DNA from: Hormiphora californensis
Taxonomy: Eukaryota > Animalia > Ctenophora
Length of the DNA: 64,000 nucleotides
Assembly (NCBI GenBank): GCA_020137815.1
Contig: CM035353.1
Coordinates: 1,550,001-1,614,000, forward strand
Reading direction: 5' to 3'
In this document: one piece after another, positions 62,984 through 64,000 of the stretch
Position numbering within the stretch: position 1 is the first letter of the stretch
Layout of the letters: the number at the start of each line of letters is the position of its first letter
Notes under the pieces: generated by a model
What the model was told of the DNA's origin: nothing
The model's input: only the letters and a program-made list of their open reading frames with translations
Databases searched by the model: none
Program-made: the position numbers and the translations under genes

Positions 62984-64000
62984 TTAACAGCAGTTAAATT
63001 CCATCTCAAAACTATTCTGTTAGCGTGAATTATATATTACCACGCTTTGTAACTGAAACTACTGCATGCAAAACGTTTTATCTTTTTTTATCTGTTAGTA
63101 ATTTACCGTGCAAAAATAATTTAACTTTGAGATACCCAGCTTGCTATAAAAAAGGATCTAAACCATTGCAAATTGATCACACATTGTCCACTAACTACAA
63201 TATGCATTATTACTTTGTGCAACAATAAATAAAAATAAGCCCCACCAAACTCTCACCCTCACATAAAAGACTCCTGCCACACACGTGACAGTATCACCGG
63301 CCCCCTCCCACGGTCAGTCCTGCGGTCACGTGATACATATTATAATGTCTCCTGATGGCCCCTAAAATCTGAGTGGTCGTCAGCCTGATCGTGATCTTCG
63401 TCCACTAAATCGTCTTCTCTGATATTGCCCTGTAGGTGAAGTGTTTATTAAAAGGGCAGCTCTCTCTCTCTCTCTCTCAGCGTCAGGGTAGCCTGATGAA
63501 GTGCTTATCTCCCTTTAAACTAGCCCTTATAGTAGCCTGTAGCAGCATATACGTTACTGAGATACAAATGCACAGTAGGAGTGGCGGCTTGTCTGCCGTG
63601 ATTCCTATATTCTCTCTAAAACAATACGAGGTTGCTGGTTTAATCCTTGACATTCCATTATGTTGCACTCAATTTTATTACACACACGTCACACACTACT
63701 TAAATGTTCTAACCCTCCTTTACATATTTTGTAAAGACCCTCTCTTGCCGTCGCAATCTCGCGCGGAGAGAGATGGTCGCACGAACAATTTTAGTCACAC
63801 ACACCTGTACAACGTTTACATTTTGTATTTGCTCGGCTAACAATGCCGCTCCAGGGGGTGGTTGCATAGCTCCCGCTTGGTCTAGTACTGCTGTGGGGGG
63901 CAAGTGTGCACAATCGTGTGTTATAAAAAGGGAATAATGTAAAGAAGGCACAAAATGCTATTTATGAGCAAACAAAGTGCCTTGTAAAAGACAAATTAGT

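Noticed and set aside
61540-63435. Possible last exons of another minus-strand gene upstream of COPZ1 (63256-63429 and about 61560-61600)
   Set aside because: Splice signals are plausible, but the peptide is unrecognisable and the frame cannot be fixed from this window.

Overview
Eukaryotic, intron-rich animal genomic DNA. It is probably from a ctenophore (Pleurobrachia/Hormiphora-like). That is an inference from repeat families I recall from ctenophore gene models, not something shown here. Five recognisable spliced genes: PEDS1/TMEM189 (-, 5' part only), a CHD3/4/5 (Mi-2) chromatin remodeller (+, 11114-34147), a class A GPCR (+), DDI1 (-) and coatomer zeta COPZ1 (-), plus a candidate small unknown gene (+, 8164-9167). 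Mobile DNA: a gag-only LTR retroelement with apparently identical LTRs, carrying a decayed LINE fragment and inserted in a 19-bp satellite; non-autonomous Helitrons; Kolobok-, hAT-, MULE- and Tc1/mariner-like MITEs; and a Penelope-like fragment with a hammerhead ribozyme. The most striking pattern is that many introns, in all five recognised genes, are filled with tandem arrays whose unit is the splice site itself, usually plus adjacent exon sequence (2 to about 45 near-identical donors or acceptors in a row). Other notable points: a 4-exon, phase-compatible alternative C-terminus hidden in a CHD intron; splice acceptors 1-7 nt before the start codon of all five recognised genes (possible SL trans-splicing); and RFX X-box-like motifs in several arrays and the Helitron. 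Some stretches (about 15450-16200 and poly-G/CT tracts) look like unpolished long-read sequence.
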